From the NCBI GenBank assembly GCA_934096125.1, contig CAKOLB010000001.1:75487-139486 (forward strand): a stretch of 64,000 bases of DNA, in the 5' to 3' direction. The position numbers were made by a program, and so were the translations under genes. Source of the DNA: an uncultured Bacilli bacterium. GTDB taxonomy: Bacteria > Bacillota_I > Bacilli_A > RF39 > UBA660. Positions 29,957 to 39,631 of this stretch are shown piece by piece (position 1 is the first letter of the stretch; each line of letters opens with the position of its first letter). The notes under the pieces are model-generated. The model made no database searches, was not told where the DNA came from, and saw only the letters and a program-made list of their open reading frames with translations.

Positions 29957-30100
29957 AGTGCTAAATTTTATAATTAAATTTATAAGATTATCAAAAATTT
30001 TTTTATTTTATTATGTTACAATGTAATTTTTTAGACTTTTTGTAAGTTTATTACGCCATGGCGTAATTTTTTATAGATTTATCCAAAATATTACGATAAA

Positions 30101-30136
30101 CATCAAAAAAGAATTTTAGCCTTCACCAAAATTCTT
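30101..30136 (-). terminator. intrinsic terminator of polC
   Basis: Minus strand AAGAATTTT-10 nt loop-AAAATTCTT followed by TTTTGAT, 12 nt after the polC stop. Confidence 0.65.
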
Positions 30137-30147
30137 GTACTAATTAT

Positions 30148-33100
30148 CTAAAACAAACTTAGTTGAGCTGACTCTGGCATTCCTTTAAATATCCCAAGTT
30201 CTCTTAAAGCATTGACCGTGGTTTGATTAACCTTTCCTCTAGATGCAAAATCTTCGACACAGTAAAAAGGTTTCTTTTCTCTTTCTTCAATTATTTTATT
30301 AGCAACGTTTTCCCCAAGTCCATCCAAAGCCATAAATGGCATATATAAGCATTTATTTTCTTCATCAATATAAAATGTTTTTGCTAAAGACTTTTCAATA
30401 TCAATATTTTTAAAAGAAAATCCCCGGGCAAGCATTTCAAGTGCCACTGCCAAAGTATCACCAACAGCACTTTCTTTAGCTGTTGCCGTAAATCCTTTTT
30501 CCTTTATTTCAATAAGTCTTCTTTTAATTGTATCGTATCCTCCAAGCATCGCCTTAACATCAAAGTCACTTCTTCTTATACTAAAAAAGGCAGAATAATA
30601 ATAAAGAGGATAATATACTTTAAACCAAGCAACCCGATAAGCCATCATAACATAAGCACATGCATGAGCCTTTGGGAACATATATTCAATCTTTCGGCAA
30701 CACTCGATAAACCACTCTGGCACACTATAATCTCGCATCGTTGCCGCATGTTCAAGCCACTTCTCAGGTTCCTTTTTAGCTTTTCCTTTTCGCACAAATT
30801 CACTTATTTTAAAAGCTCCAGAGGGCTCTAAACCATAATTTATCAAACTAACCATGATATCATCACGACATCCAACAACTTCATCAAAAGATGCAATATC
30901 ATTAAGAATTAACTCCCGCACATTCCCTTGCCAAACATTAGTACCATGAGAAAGACCAGCAATCTTTACTAAGTCTGCAAAATGCGTAGGCTTAATTTCC
31001 AAAAGCATATTTATAGCAAAATTTGTCCCAAACTCTGGCACCCCCAAAGTTCCTGTCTTACAAAGAATTTGCTCTTCAGTTACCCCTAAAGCTTTTGGAG
31101 AAGTAAACAAACTTATTATATTGTGATCATCAAATGGAATTTGCTCTTTAATATTAATACCTGTTGTATCCCCAAGATATCTAAGCATAGTCGGATCATC
31201 GTGACCTAGTATATCTAGTTTTAAAACATTATCATGAATTGCATGGAAATCAAAATGAGTTGTATACCACGTACTATCTGGTTCATCCGCCGGATACTGA
31301 TAAGGAGTAAAATCAAAAACATCCATATACTGAGGAATTACAATTATTCCCCCAGGATGTTGTCCAGTTGTTCTTTTAACTCCTGTACATCCTAAAGCAA
31401 TTCGTTCTATCTCTACATTATTTAGTATTAAGTTGTTATCTTCACAATATCCCCTAACATAGCCAAAAGCTGTTTTTTCCGCAACCGTTGATATAGTACC
31501 AGCACGATATGCATGGTCTTCACCAAACAGTACTTTAACATGATTATGAGCATCCGCTTGATTATCTCCCGAGAAGTTCAAATCGATATCCGGCACCTTT
31601 TCCGCCTTAAAGCCTAGAAATGTTGCAAACGGCATATCTTGTCCTTCTTTTTTCAAAGCCTCACCACATTCACATGTCCTATCTGGCATATCATAACCGC
31701 TTGGATAAAGGCTAGCAAGGGACTCACCTTCTTCATTTTCAAAATACGACCTTTTACACTTCGGACAAACATAGTGAGGTGGAAGACCATTAACTTCTGT
31801 TATTCCCATCAGCGTTGCAACTAGGGAAGAACCAACTGACCCCCGAGACCCAACAAAGTATCCATCTTCATTAGACTTTTTAACAAGTTTTTCCGCAATT
31901 AGATATATTACATCATACCCACCCCCAATAATACCAGCAAGTTCTGCCTCTATTCTCTCTTCAATATTTTTGGGAAGCTGATCACCATATATCTCATGAG
32001 CCTTATTATAAACCATTTCTTTGGTAATCTGTGCAGAATTCTCAAGCAAAGGTGTATAAAGTTTATCATGAATAATTTGGAGGTTATCTATTTTATCCGC
32101 AATTAAATTTGTATTAGTAACAACTATTTCATAGGCAAGCTTCTCTCCTAAAAAGCTAAAGGCATCAAGCATTTCATCAGTTGTCAAAAAATACATATTG
32201 GGAATAACTGTTCCTTTACGATTCAAAGGATGAAGTCTACCATTAGTCTTTTGATGAATAATAACTTTTCGGTATATTAAATCATCTGGCCTTAAGTTAT
32301 GAACATCACTAGTTGCAACTACAAGTTTCCCCATATTCTTCGCTGTTTTCACAAGCCTAGAAACATAACCATTATACTCAGCAGCATCATGAAACTTTTT
32401 ATCAGGCCCAATAAGATGAGTTACTGCATTCACTGGTTGCACTTCGATATAATCATAAAACTTCATCATTTCTATTAAATCTTCATCGCTCATTCCATAG
32501 CCTTTTTCAAAGACTTCACCATTTGTGCAACCACTACCAATAAGCAGTCCTTTTCGAAGTTTAAGCAAATCCGTCCTAGGTATCTTTGGCTCTTTTCCTT
32601 TATATAAATACTTGGTATTAGCCATACTTATAATTTTAAATAAATTTTTTAATCCTTCTTTATTTTCGGCAAGCACTGTTAAGTGAAAAGGTCTAGCAAA
32701 TTTTATTGCTTTTTCTTTATCTGCTAAACTATCCAAATCAAGGGTAGTCTTAAAATTTTGTCTTTTTAACTCATCAAACATCCGGTACAAACACATCGCT
32801 GTCCCTTCTGAGTCATAATCTGCCCGGTGATGTTTATCTTCATCCCACTCAACATTTAAATTTTTAACCAAAGTCGAAAGTTTATGATTTCGCCAGTCGG
32901 GATACATATTTCGTGCTAGCCCCATTGTATCAATAACAGTACTATCAAAACTTCCTAAATCATATTTTTTACAAGCTGATTGAATAAAGGAAATATCAAA
33001 AGCTGCATTATGAGCAACAAGAGGCAAATCTTTGATAAACTCTAAAAATCTTTTCGTTACATTTTCTTCCGTATCTTTCCCCACCAGCATCTCATCAGTA

Positions 33101-34458
33101 ATACATGTTAAATCTGTAATAACTTTAGGAAGAGGTCTATCACAAGCAATAAGCTCATCGAATCTATCAATGATAGTGCCATTTTTAACTTTAACAGCCC
33201 CAATTTCTATCATTTGGTCTATTCCACTATTAAGCCCAGTAGTTTCGGTATCAAACACAACGTATTCTTGGTCCATCAAAGAGTATTCTTTATTATTAAA
33301 CACAATATTAGCTTCAACATCCACAACATTAAGCTCTGCCCCATAAAGAGGTTTAAACTTATCTTGTTCTTCTTTTCCTTTATTAGCTTTTACCGCCGCA
33401 TTATAAATATCTGGATAAGCTTGTAAAACATTATGGTCCGTAACAGCAACTGCCTTATGCCCAAGACTCATAGCAAACTTCACTAAATCTTTAGTTCCAA
33501 CAACTCCATCCATCATACTCATCATCGTATGGGCATGAAGTTCTACTCTTTTCTTCTCTGCCGTATCTTTTACCTTTTCATCTTTACTAGGTATTTCTTC
33601 AATTGAGCGAGCCGTAATAACCATTTGCTTTAAATAAGGGTCCATCTCCATTGAGCCATGCACTCTATACCATTTATTTACACCAAGTCTTTTATTTATT
33701 CTAGTAAATTCTTCTTCATTAAACTTTACAAACTTCATAAGATAACTATCAGTTTTATCACTAACCTTTAAGTTCATAATGAAAATAGGCCCTTTTTTTC
33801 CTTGCCTTTCCACCACTTCTTTAGCAAATATATATACTTCTACAATAATATTTTTCATCTCTCCCAAAATATTATTAAGTTTTGTTACTGCTCCATCTTT
33901 ATGAGTTCCCATAATAACAGGGCTTATCTCTTCTTTTACCGCTCCCTTTTCCTTCGACGAAGCTATCTCCTCTTGCAATATCTTTCTCTTTGCATCACTT
34001 ATATTTATACTTATATTTCTTTTTCCAAGCCCATACTTTTCAAGTTCATCTTTTAACTTTTCACTTTCTTTTTCCAAATCGCTTTGCTCAAAATCATTTA
34101 ACACTTCAAAATATATTGTATCATCTACAACTTCAATATTACTTTTTTTAAGTCCAATCAAACTAGGTCTTTTAATAATTATCTCATCTAAAAAATAATC
34201 TAAATAACTTTTTATATCTTCTTCATTTATCTCTTTATAACTCATCTTTATTTGGCATTTTTTATCCCCATTTATACCTCCTAAAGCACATGACAAAAGA
34301 GCATTAACATTCATTGGTGGTAATACTTTATCATTATTTATATACACAACAAAAACATTATCGCTGCGTCTTAAGACTACTCTTTCAACTTTTGCATCCA
34401 CAAAAGCCTCATCACTAAAGGAAATACTTTGAAAAAATCTTTCTAACTCATTATTCAT
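30148..34458 (-). CDS. polC: DNA polymerase III PolC-type (with proofreading exonuclease)
   Basis: 1436 aa. DEDDh exonuclease block (VVFDTETTGL...HNAAFDISF), PHP domain and polymerase core. Confidence 0.98.
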   Translation of the reverse strand: MNNELERFFQSISFSDEAFVDAKVERVVLRRSDNVFVVYINNDKVLPPMNVNALLSCALGGINGDKKCQIKMSYKEINEEDIKSYLDYFLDEIIIKRPSLIGLKKSNIEVVDDTIYFEVLNDFEQSDLEKESEKLKDELEKYGLGKRNISINISDAKRKILQEEIASSKEKGAVKEEISPVIMGTHKDGAVTKLNNILGEMKNIIVEVYIFAKEVVERQGKKGPIFIMNLKVSDKTDSYLMKFVKFNEEEFTRINKRLGVNKWYRVHGSMEMDPYLKQMVITARSIEEIPSKDEKVKDTAEKKRVELHAHTMMSMMDGVVGTKDLVKFAMSLGHKAVAVTDHNVLQAYPDIYNAAVKANKGKEEQDKFKPLYGAELNVVDVEANIVFNNKEYSLMDQEYVVFDTETTGLNSGIDQMIEIGAVKVKNGTIIDRFDELIACDRPLPKVITDLTCITDEMLVGKDTEENVTKRFLEFIKDLPLVAHNAAFDISFIQSACKKYDLGSFDSTVIDTMGLARNMYPDWRNHKLSTLVKNLNVEWDEDKHHRADYDSEGTAMCLYRMFDELKRQNFKTTLDLDSLADKEKAIKFARPFHLTVLAENKEGLKNLFKIISMANTKYLYKGKEPKIPRTDLLKLRKGLLIGSGCTNGEVFEKGYGMSDEDLIEMMKFYDYIEVQPVNAVTHLIGPDKKFHDAAEYNGYVSRLVKTAKNMGKLVVATSDVHNLRPDDLIYRKVIIHQKTNGRLHPLNRKGTVIPNMYFLTTDEMLDAFSFLGEKLAYEIVVTNTNLIADKIDNLQIIHDKLYTPLLENSAQITKEMVYNKAHEIYGDQLPKNIEERIEAELAGIIGGGYDVIYLIAEKLVKKSNEDGYFVGSRGSVGSSLVATLMGITEVNGLPPHYVCPKCKRSYFENEEGESLASLYPSGYDMPDRTCECGEALKKEGQDMPFATFLGFKAEKVPDIDLNFSGDNQADAHNHVKVLFGEDHAYRAGTISTVAEKTAFGYVRGYCEDNNLILNNVEIERIALGCTGVKRTTGQHPGGIIVIPQYMDVFDFTPYQYPADEPDSTWYTTHFDFHAIHDNVLKLDILGHDDPTMLRYLGDTTGINIKEQIPFDDHNIISLFTSPKALGVTEEQILCKTGTLGVPEFGTNFAINMLLEIKPTHFADLVKIAGLSHGTNVWQGNVRELILNDIASFDEVVGCRDDIMVSLINYGLEPSGAFKISEFVRKGKAKKEPEKWLEHAATMRDYSVPEWFIECCRKIEYMFPKAHACAYVMMAYRVAWFKVYYPLYYYSAFFSIRRSDFDVKAMLGGYDTIKRRLIEIKEKGFTATAKESAVGDTLAVALEMLARGFSFKNIDIEKSLAKTFYIDEENKCLYMPFMALDGLGENVANKIIEEREKKPFYCVEDFASRGKVNQTTVNALRELGIFKGMPESAQLSLF

Positions 34459-34464
34459 ACTATA

Positions 34465-37293
34465 CTAACCCACCTTCTTTAACATTTTAACAATTATACT
34501 ATATTTGTCAAATCTTTTAGTTACACTAGCATTAACCATTACTAAACTATTAACCTCTAGTCCTTGATACTTTTGATATTCACTTGGAAATAGCACTAAT
34601 GTTTCTTTTCCCGTCTCATCACTTGCTAAAATAAAAGCCATCTTCTCATTTTTCTTTGTCTTAATTACATTTATTTTTTCTATTAATACAACTAACTTTA
34701 TATTTTTAAAAGAATAATTTTGATAATTTGCAAGTTTCACAACACCATTTTTATAATTACTCGCCGGATGATTACTGAGAAAAACACCAAAACTGCTTTT
34801 TTCTCCTTGGTAAATTTCTGATGCCTCATACTCTGGATATTCTTTAATTAAAGGTTTACCAACTAGTTTAGAATTTCCCGCTATTTGGCCATAATTTAGA
34901 CTTGCTAGAGCATTTTCATCAAGTGTCCTGCGGTTTACCCCCAAAGAATCCAAAGCTCCTGCTTTAATTAATACTTGCAAAATCTTTTCGTCCACAAAAT
35001 CTCTATTTATAGCACAAAACTCAAATACATCATTATATATCTCATTTCTTCTTTGAATAATTTTATCAGCTATTTCCCTAGTAATACCTTTAATTAAGTA
35101 TAAAGGAAGCACTAAAAACTTATCATTTAAATAATAATCATTATGCGATTTATTAATATCGGGTTTAATTATCACTTTCCCCCTAGCTTTAAAATAGTTA
35201 ATATATCCATCTATTTTCTCATCACTTACCTTATCACTAAGCATAGTTATCAAAAATTCTCCCGGATAATATGTTTTTAGATATGCCATTTGATAAGAGA
35301 TAAGGGCATAAGAAACTGAATGCGATTTATTAAAACCAAAACTTGCAAATTTTTCAATCTGTAAATAGATATTCAAAGCATTATCATAGCCATTTGCCTT
35401 TGCTCTTTTCACAAACTCATCTTGCTTCTCTTTAATATACTTTTCATTTTTTTTCGATATAGCTCTCCTGATTAAATCGGCCTCAGCATAAGTATAACCC
35501 GCACACTTTCGTAAAATAGTCATAATCTGCTCTTGATAAATAATCACCCCAAAGGTAGGTTCTAAAATACTTTTAAGTCTTTCATCCGGATAAGAAACTA
35601 CCTTACTTTTTTTTCTTTTTATATATTCTATCGCTTGGTCTTTTGGTCCAGGCCTACCAAGAGCAACTGCACTTACAAGTGTCTCAAAATCATCTGGAAA
35701 AATATCCTGAATAAGCCTTTTCATCATCGGCGTTTCAAACTGAAATATCCCATCTGTATTTCCCTTTTTAAATATTTCATAAACTTTCTTATCTTCCAAA
35801 TCAATATTATTTAAGGAAGTAATATGAGCCATATCCATTATTCTAGCAATCGTGCTTAAGTTTTTCAAAGCTAAAAAGTCCATTTTTAAAAGGCCTAAAT
35901 CCTCCAAGTAATTCATGGTAAGTCCCGTAATTAAAGTATCATTTTCATAATGAACTGGAATAATATCATCTAAAGGCTTTGAGGATATTACCACTCCTGC
36001 AGCATGAATTGAAGTATTTTTCTTAAGGCCCTCTAAATGCCTTGCAATAACATAAATTCTCCGCACAGCAGCATCACTTTGCAAAATATTTTTAACTCCA
36101 TCTATTTTTAGATTTTCAAGTAAACTCAAATTAGGACTAACTTCTTTTAAAAGTCTTAAAAAATTATCATTTTCAAAATTTAAAGCTTTTGCAACCTCTC
36201 TTAGCACCAGTCTACTTTTAAGGGTATTAAAGGTAAGCCCTAAAGCTACTTTATCATCTCCATATCTTTGGCGTACATAAGCAATAACTTTTTCTCTTTT
36301 TAAGGCATCAAAATCGATATCAATATCTGGCATAGTAACCCGCTCTGGATTTAAAAATCTCTCAAACAGTAAACCATACTTCAAGGGGTCAATATCAGTT
36401 ATCCCAAGGCAATAACTAACTAAAGAACCTGCCGCCGAACCTCTTCCAGGACCTACTAATATGTTATTCTTCTTAGCAAACAAAACATAATCATACACAA
36501 TTAAAAAGTAATCTACAAACCCCATCTTTAAAATAACATCAAGTTCATAGTTAAGACGTCTTTTATATTCATCACTTACCCTTTTGTCAAGCCTTTTAAA
36601 AAGCCCTGAAACAGCCAAAGACTTCAAAAAATGATAAGAATCTTTATTTTCATCATACCTAGGAATAAAAAGTTTATTTTTTGGCATCACTACATTTAAC
36701 AAATTAACTACCTCTATAATTTTTTCATCATCAATTATTTTTTCATCATCAAGCGAAGCCTCTAACACTTCTCCATCTTTTCTAATCATATCCAAATACT
36801 TCAAATATTCAAAATCATTATTCAAATAATTCATTTCATTAATATATACAATATTTGGTGTTATCTTTTCTTCGGCTTCTTTTTCTTCCTTCGTCTTATA
36901 ACTTAAATAAACATTACCACTTTTAAATACCTGGTAAAACTTTAAACTCTTGAAAGGAAGAACTACTAAAACATCAGAAAGCTGTATCAAATCTTCCAAA
37001 GCAAGACTTTTCCTTTCTTTTTTCGTATGCACTTTTAAAAGCTTTTTGTACCCATCATAATTCATCGCATATAAATAAATAGATAAATTATCAAACTTTA
37101 CCTCAAGACCTATCAAAGGCTTGATACCACATTTTTGGGAGACGTTATAAAACTCAATAACTCCATATAAGTTCTCATCACAAATACCACAAGCAGAAAC
37201 TTGCATCTTTTGCAAATACTTAAGTAAATCAGGTATCTTAATTAAACTTTTCAGCATCGTATAATCAGTCGTAACTTTCAAAGGTATATGCAT
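34465..37293 (-). CDS. dnaE: DNA polymerase III alpha subunit DnaE
   Basis: 942 aa. N-terminal PHP domain and polymerase core (GPGRGSAAGSLVSYCLGITDIDP, PDIDIDF, FNKSHS). Begins 7 nt upstream of polC. Confidence 0.95.
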   Translation of the reverse strand: MHIPLKVTTDYTMLKSLIKIPDLLKYLQKMQVSACGICDENLYGVIEFYNVSQKCGIKPLIGLEVKFDNLSIYLYAMNYDGYKKLLKVHTKKERKSLALEDLIQLSDVLVVLPFKSLKFYQVFKSGNVYLSYKTKEEKEAEEKITPNIVYINEMNYLNNDFEYLKYLDMIRKDGEVLEASLDDEKIIDDEKIIEVVNLLNVVMPKNKLFIPRYDENKDSYHFLKSLAVSGLFKRLDKRVSDEYKRRLNYELDVILKMGFVDYFLIVYDYVLFAKKNNILVGPGRGSAAGSLVSYCLGITDIDPLKYGLLFERFLNPERVTMPDIDIDFDALKREKVIAYVRQRYGDDKVALGLTFNTLKSRLVLREVAKALNFENDNFLRLLKEVSPNLSLLENLKIDGVKNILQSDAAVRRIYVIARHLEGLKKNTSIHAAGVVISSKPLDDIIPVHYENDTLITGLTMNYLEDLGLLKMDFLALKNLSTIARIMDMAHITSLNNIDLEDKKVYEIFKKGNTDGIFQFETPMMKRLIQDIFPDDFETLVSAVALGRPGPKDQAIEYIKRKKSKVVSYPDERLKSILEPTFGVIIYQEQIMTILRKCAGYTYAEADLIRRAISKKNEKYIKEKQDEFVKRAKANGYDNALNIYLQIEKFASFGFNKSHSVSYALISYQMAYLKTYYPGEFLITMLSDKVSDEKIDGYINYFKARGKVIIKPDINKSHNDYYLNDKFLVLPLYLIKGITREIADKIIQRRNEIYNDVFEFCAINRDFVDEKILQVLIKAGALDSLGVNRRTLDENALASLNYGQIAGNSKLVGKPLIKEYPEYEASEIYQGEKSSFGVFLSNHPASNYKNGVVKLANYQNYSFKNIKLVVLIEKINVIKTKKNEKMAFILASDETGKETLVLFPSEYQKYQGLEVNSLVMVNASVTKRFDKYSIIVKMLKKVG

Positions 37294-37387
37294 ACTTATC
37301 TCCTCTAATTTAGTATAACATATATTTTTACTTTCAGTGGTAATTTTCCGAAACTTTGGGTATAATAAGGTTGGTGATTAATTAATC

Positions 37388-38029
37388 ATGAAAAACAAAT
37401 GGCAAAAACTTTTTTACCACATTATATGGCTCTTTCTTTTAGGAGCATTCGCCGGCTTTATTTTTGAAAGTCTTTGGCACTTAATTAAAAATGGTGTTCT
37501 TATAAATAAACAAGGACTATGGTATGGCCCCTTTAAACCAATTTATGGAACCGGTCTTATAATCATTACGGCCTTACTTTATAGAATAAAAGACAAAAAT
37601 CCAATCTGGCTCTTTATCGCTGGTATAATTATCGGCTCGGCTTTTGAATTTATCGCCTCTATCTTTCAAGAAAAAGTATTTAGCACATATACATGGTCCT
37701 ATAAATCTTTTAATTACAACCTTGATGGCCGCATCTATCTTCCCTACTGCATAGTCTGGGGAGCTATATCATATTTATGGATGCACTACGGTTTTAATTA
37801 CTACCTAAAAATATTTAACAAATACTATAACAAGGAATTTAGAGTATTAAGTCTGATTATCTTTATCCTTATGAGTTATAACATCTCTTTAACTTGGATA
37901 ATAACAGATAGATATGCCGACCGGAAAAGAGATATCGCCGCCACAACTACTTTAGAAAAATACATTGATAAAAAATATTCCAGTGATCAAATAGAAAAGA
38001 AATTCCCTAAACTTCGGGTAAAGTACTAG
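37388..38029 (+). CDS. polytopic membrane protein, putative ABC-transporter type IV (PF06541-like)
   Basis: 213 aa with about 5-6 TM helices. The FLLGAFAGFIFESLWH start pattern is typical of this family. Confidence 0.5.
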   Translation: MKNKWQKLFYHIIWLFLLGAFAGFIFESLWHLIKNGVLINKQGLWYGPFKPIYGTGLIIITALLYRIKDKNPIWLFIAGIIIGSAFEFIASIFQEKVFSTYTWSYKSFNYNLDGRIYLPYCIVWGAISYLWMHYGFNYYLKIFNKYYNKEFRVLSLIIFILMSYNISLTWIITDRYADRKRDIAATTTLEKYIDKKYSSDQIEKKFPKLRVKY

Positions 38030-38083
38030 ACAAAAAACAAATAAATTGTTAAAATTAACTAGTAACGAAAAGGAGTGATAAAA

Positions 38084-38260
38084 ATGGCTACAAAAGTAAC
38101 TTTGAAAAAACCACTATCTGGTAATAAAAGATCACATTCTATGCGAGCTACTAAAACAAAGCAAAAACCAAATTTACAAACATTAACTATTAACGGTGAA
38201 AAAGTTAGAATTAGTACAAGAGAAGCTAGAACTATTAATAAGAAAAATAAAGCTGCATAA
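38084..38260 (+). CDS. rpmB: 50S ribosomal protein L28
   Basis: MATKVTLKKPLSGNKRSHSMRATKTKQKPNLQ... matches the L28 pattern. ATG at 38084 follows a GGAG RBS, whereas the track start at 38075 lacks one. Confidence 0.9.
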   Translation: MATKVTLKKPLSGNKRSHSMRATKTKQKPNLQTLTINGEKVRISTREARTINKKNKAA

Positions 38261-38415
38261 GTTAAAGGCAGTTTTATTTTTTTGTTTTAATACTCTTCTG
38301 CAAAGTGGCTCTACTCTTTTGGTACATGAACATCACTTAAGTTCTCATAAATATTATACAACTTAATATTATACTTTTTAGCATCCTCGCAAGTTAAATC
38401 TTTAAAAGCAGGACT

Positions 38416-38445
38416 ATGTTAATTTGAAGTGCAACACTTCAAATT
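38416..38445. repeat. inverted-repeat motif (AATTTGAAGTG-CAA-CACTTCAAATT), copy 1 of a dispersed element end
   Basis: 11-bp perfect arms. The motif plus its left flank ATGTTAATTT recur at 58807-58838. Both copies sit next to pseudogene debris. Confidence 0.6.
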
Positions 38446-38468
38446 TAAACTAACAAATTAATAATTTT

Positions 38469-38620
38469 TTGACAATAATAATAATTCATACTACTATTAG
38501 CATGTAAGCAAGAAAACTTACATAAAATAAAAAAAGAGGAACACTTAATCTTGCAAGTGAATGTCACCTCTAGTTTAAAGACTTGACACTCTATAGATGC
38601 TGAAGAGTGTCCATTTTTTT
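38469..38620 (+). ncRNA. candidate antisense sRNA (type I antitoxin-like) with own promoter and terminator
   Basis: Promoter TTGACA-17-TACTAT (38469-38497). Internal hairpins ATGTAAG..CTTACAT and GAGG..CACTT/AAGTG..CCTC. Intrinsic terminator GACACTCT-11 nt-AGAGTGTC plus T7 (38585-38620). No RBS or ORF. The transcript is antisense to the 3' end of the 42-aa ORF. Confidence 0.4.
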
Positions 38621-38703
38621 ATTGCTAACCCCCGTAAGGTAGAAAGTAACAAAATGATAGCAATGAGCTTTAGAACTTTTATAATAAAAGTCTTAGTTTT
38701 CAT
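38575..38703 (-). CDS. small hydrophobic peptide (42 aa), type I toxin-like, absent from the ORF track
   Basis: AGGAGGTG sits 8 nt before ATG 38703. Sequence MKTKTFIIKVLKLIAIILLLSTLRGLAIKKWTLFSIYRVSSL*. An upstream CCUCC can pair with the SD. A minus-strand terminator hairpin plus U7 lies at 38529-38570. Confidence 0.45.
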   Translation of the reverse strand: MKTKTFIIKVLKLIAIILLLSTLRGLAIKKWTLFSIYRVSSL

Positions 38704-38768
38704 CTTTATCCACCTCCTTTCCTTCTCAAGATTGGAGGACGAGGCTCACATCAAATATTCCTGTCAAA

Positions 38769-38797
38769 ATTATATAATAAGGAAATTTATAAAACAA
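38769..38797 (-). promoter_or_regulatory. promoter for the small hydrophobic peptide mRNA
   Basis: Minus strand TTGTTT-17 nt-TATAAT, giving a 5' UTR of about 60 nt. Confidence 0.4.
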
Positions 38798-39112
38798 GCG
38801 AACAAATAAAAGGTTTTATTAAAATTGTTATAATTTAGACTAGGCAACACTAAAGACAAGTAGAAACTGATATAATCTATCTGTTTTTTATATTAATATT
38901 GTTTTACCTTTAAGTAAAAAGGCAATAGTTTGGCATAAACTTATGTTATTTTCGTATATATTAGCACCTTCAACACTTCTAAATTTACCAGCCTTTTGTT
39001 TTATCTTAAATCATCTTCAGCACAATTATTCGAAAACGTAATAAAAATTTTTTTTATAAATAAAAGATGATTTTCACAATATTTTATTAATCTATTAATT
39101 AAATTTTTTATA

Positions 39113-39141
39113 TTGCATTATTTTTCATTATAATCTATAAT
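39113..39141 (+). promoter_or_regulatory. sigma-A-like promoter of ORF 39173-39565
   Basis: TTGCAT-17 nt-TATAAT. Confidence 0.5.
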
Positions 39142-39172
39142 ACTTATCTGCAAAGAAAGGAGGAATGCAAAT

Positions 39173-39565
39173 ATGAGTGAAAAGAAAAAAGAAATTGAAA
39201 ATTTAAATTGTTATTTAATTACAGCAGCTATGCTTTACATAAAAGAAAACTCTATAGATGATTATCACGATATAGAAGCAATTAATTTATTTAAAGAAAA
39301 ATTTTTAAGCAAAGAAGAACTTACCGACTATGAAGAAATAGTACCTGCAATAACTAGTGAGATAAATAAATCTCAAGACTATAAAATGATATACGATGAT
39401 ATATACCAAACCATAGTTAAACCATTTGTTTCAAAGATAGATAATAGCGAATATAAAAAAGCTTATTTTATCTTTAACAGTAGTTTTCATTCACTAAAAA
39501 ATGCTTATCTTTTGCCTTATATTCAAAGCAGCTTCATTGAAGCATTTAAAAGAGCCAGAGGCTAA
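39173..39565 (+). CDS. hypothetical acidic helical protein (130 aa)
   Basis: AGGAGG RBS 8 nt upstream of the ATG, with its own promoter and terminator. No family recognised. Convergent with the ToxN-like gene. Confidence 0.55.
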   Translation: MSEKKKEIENLNCYLITAAMLYIKENSIDDYHDIEAINLFKEKFLSKEELTDYEEIVPAITSEINKSQDYKMIYDDIYQTIVKPFVSKIDNSEYKKAYFIFNSSFHSLKNAYLLPYIQSSFIEAFKRARG

Positions 39566-39568
39566 AAT

Positions 39569-39597
39569 AAAATCAGGAAATCATTCTGATTTTTTTA
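39569..39597. terminator. bidirectional intrinsic terminator
   Basis: AAAATCAG-9 nt-CTGATTTT followed by TTTATT, directly after the stop at 39565. Confidence 0.6.
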
Positions 39598-39599
39598 TT

Positions 39600-39624
39600 A
39601 AAAAAACTCCACCCTTAGTGAAGT
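39600..39624 (-). terminator. intrinsic terminator following the orphan antitoxin-like repeat
   Basis: Minus strand ACUUCAC-UAAGG-GUGGAGU (7 bp including one G.U) followed by U6. Confidence 0.55.
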
Positions 39625-39631
39625 CTTACCA

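Noticed and set aside
30050-30072. Perfect 18-nt palindrome ATTACGCCATGGCGTAAT followed by T6, considered as a plus-strand terminator or small RNA end.
   Set aside because: No plus-strand gene or convincing promoter lies upstream. It may terminate antisense transcription between polC and the AAA gene. There is insufficient evidence to call a feature.
38597-38809. Track ORF of 70 aa on the plus strand.
   Set aside because: It has no Shine-Dalgarno and starts inside a terminator hairpin. It is antisense to the RBS-equipped 42-aa ORF and its 5' UTR. It is judged spurious.
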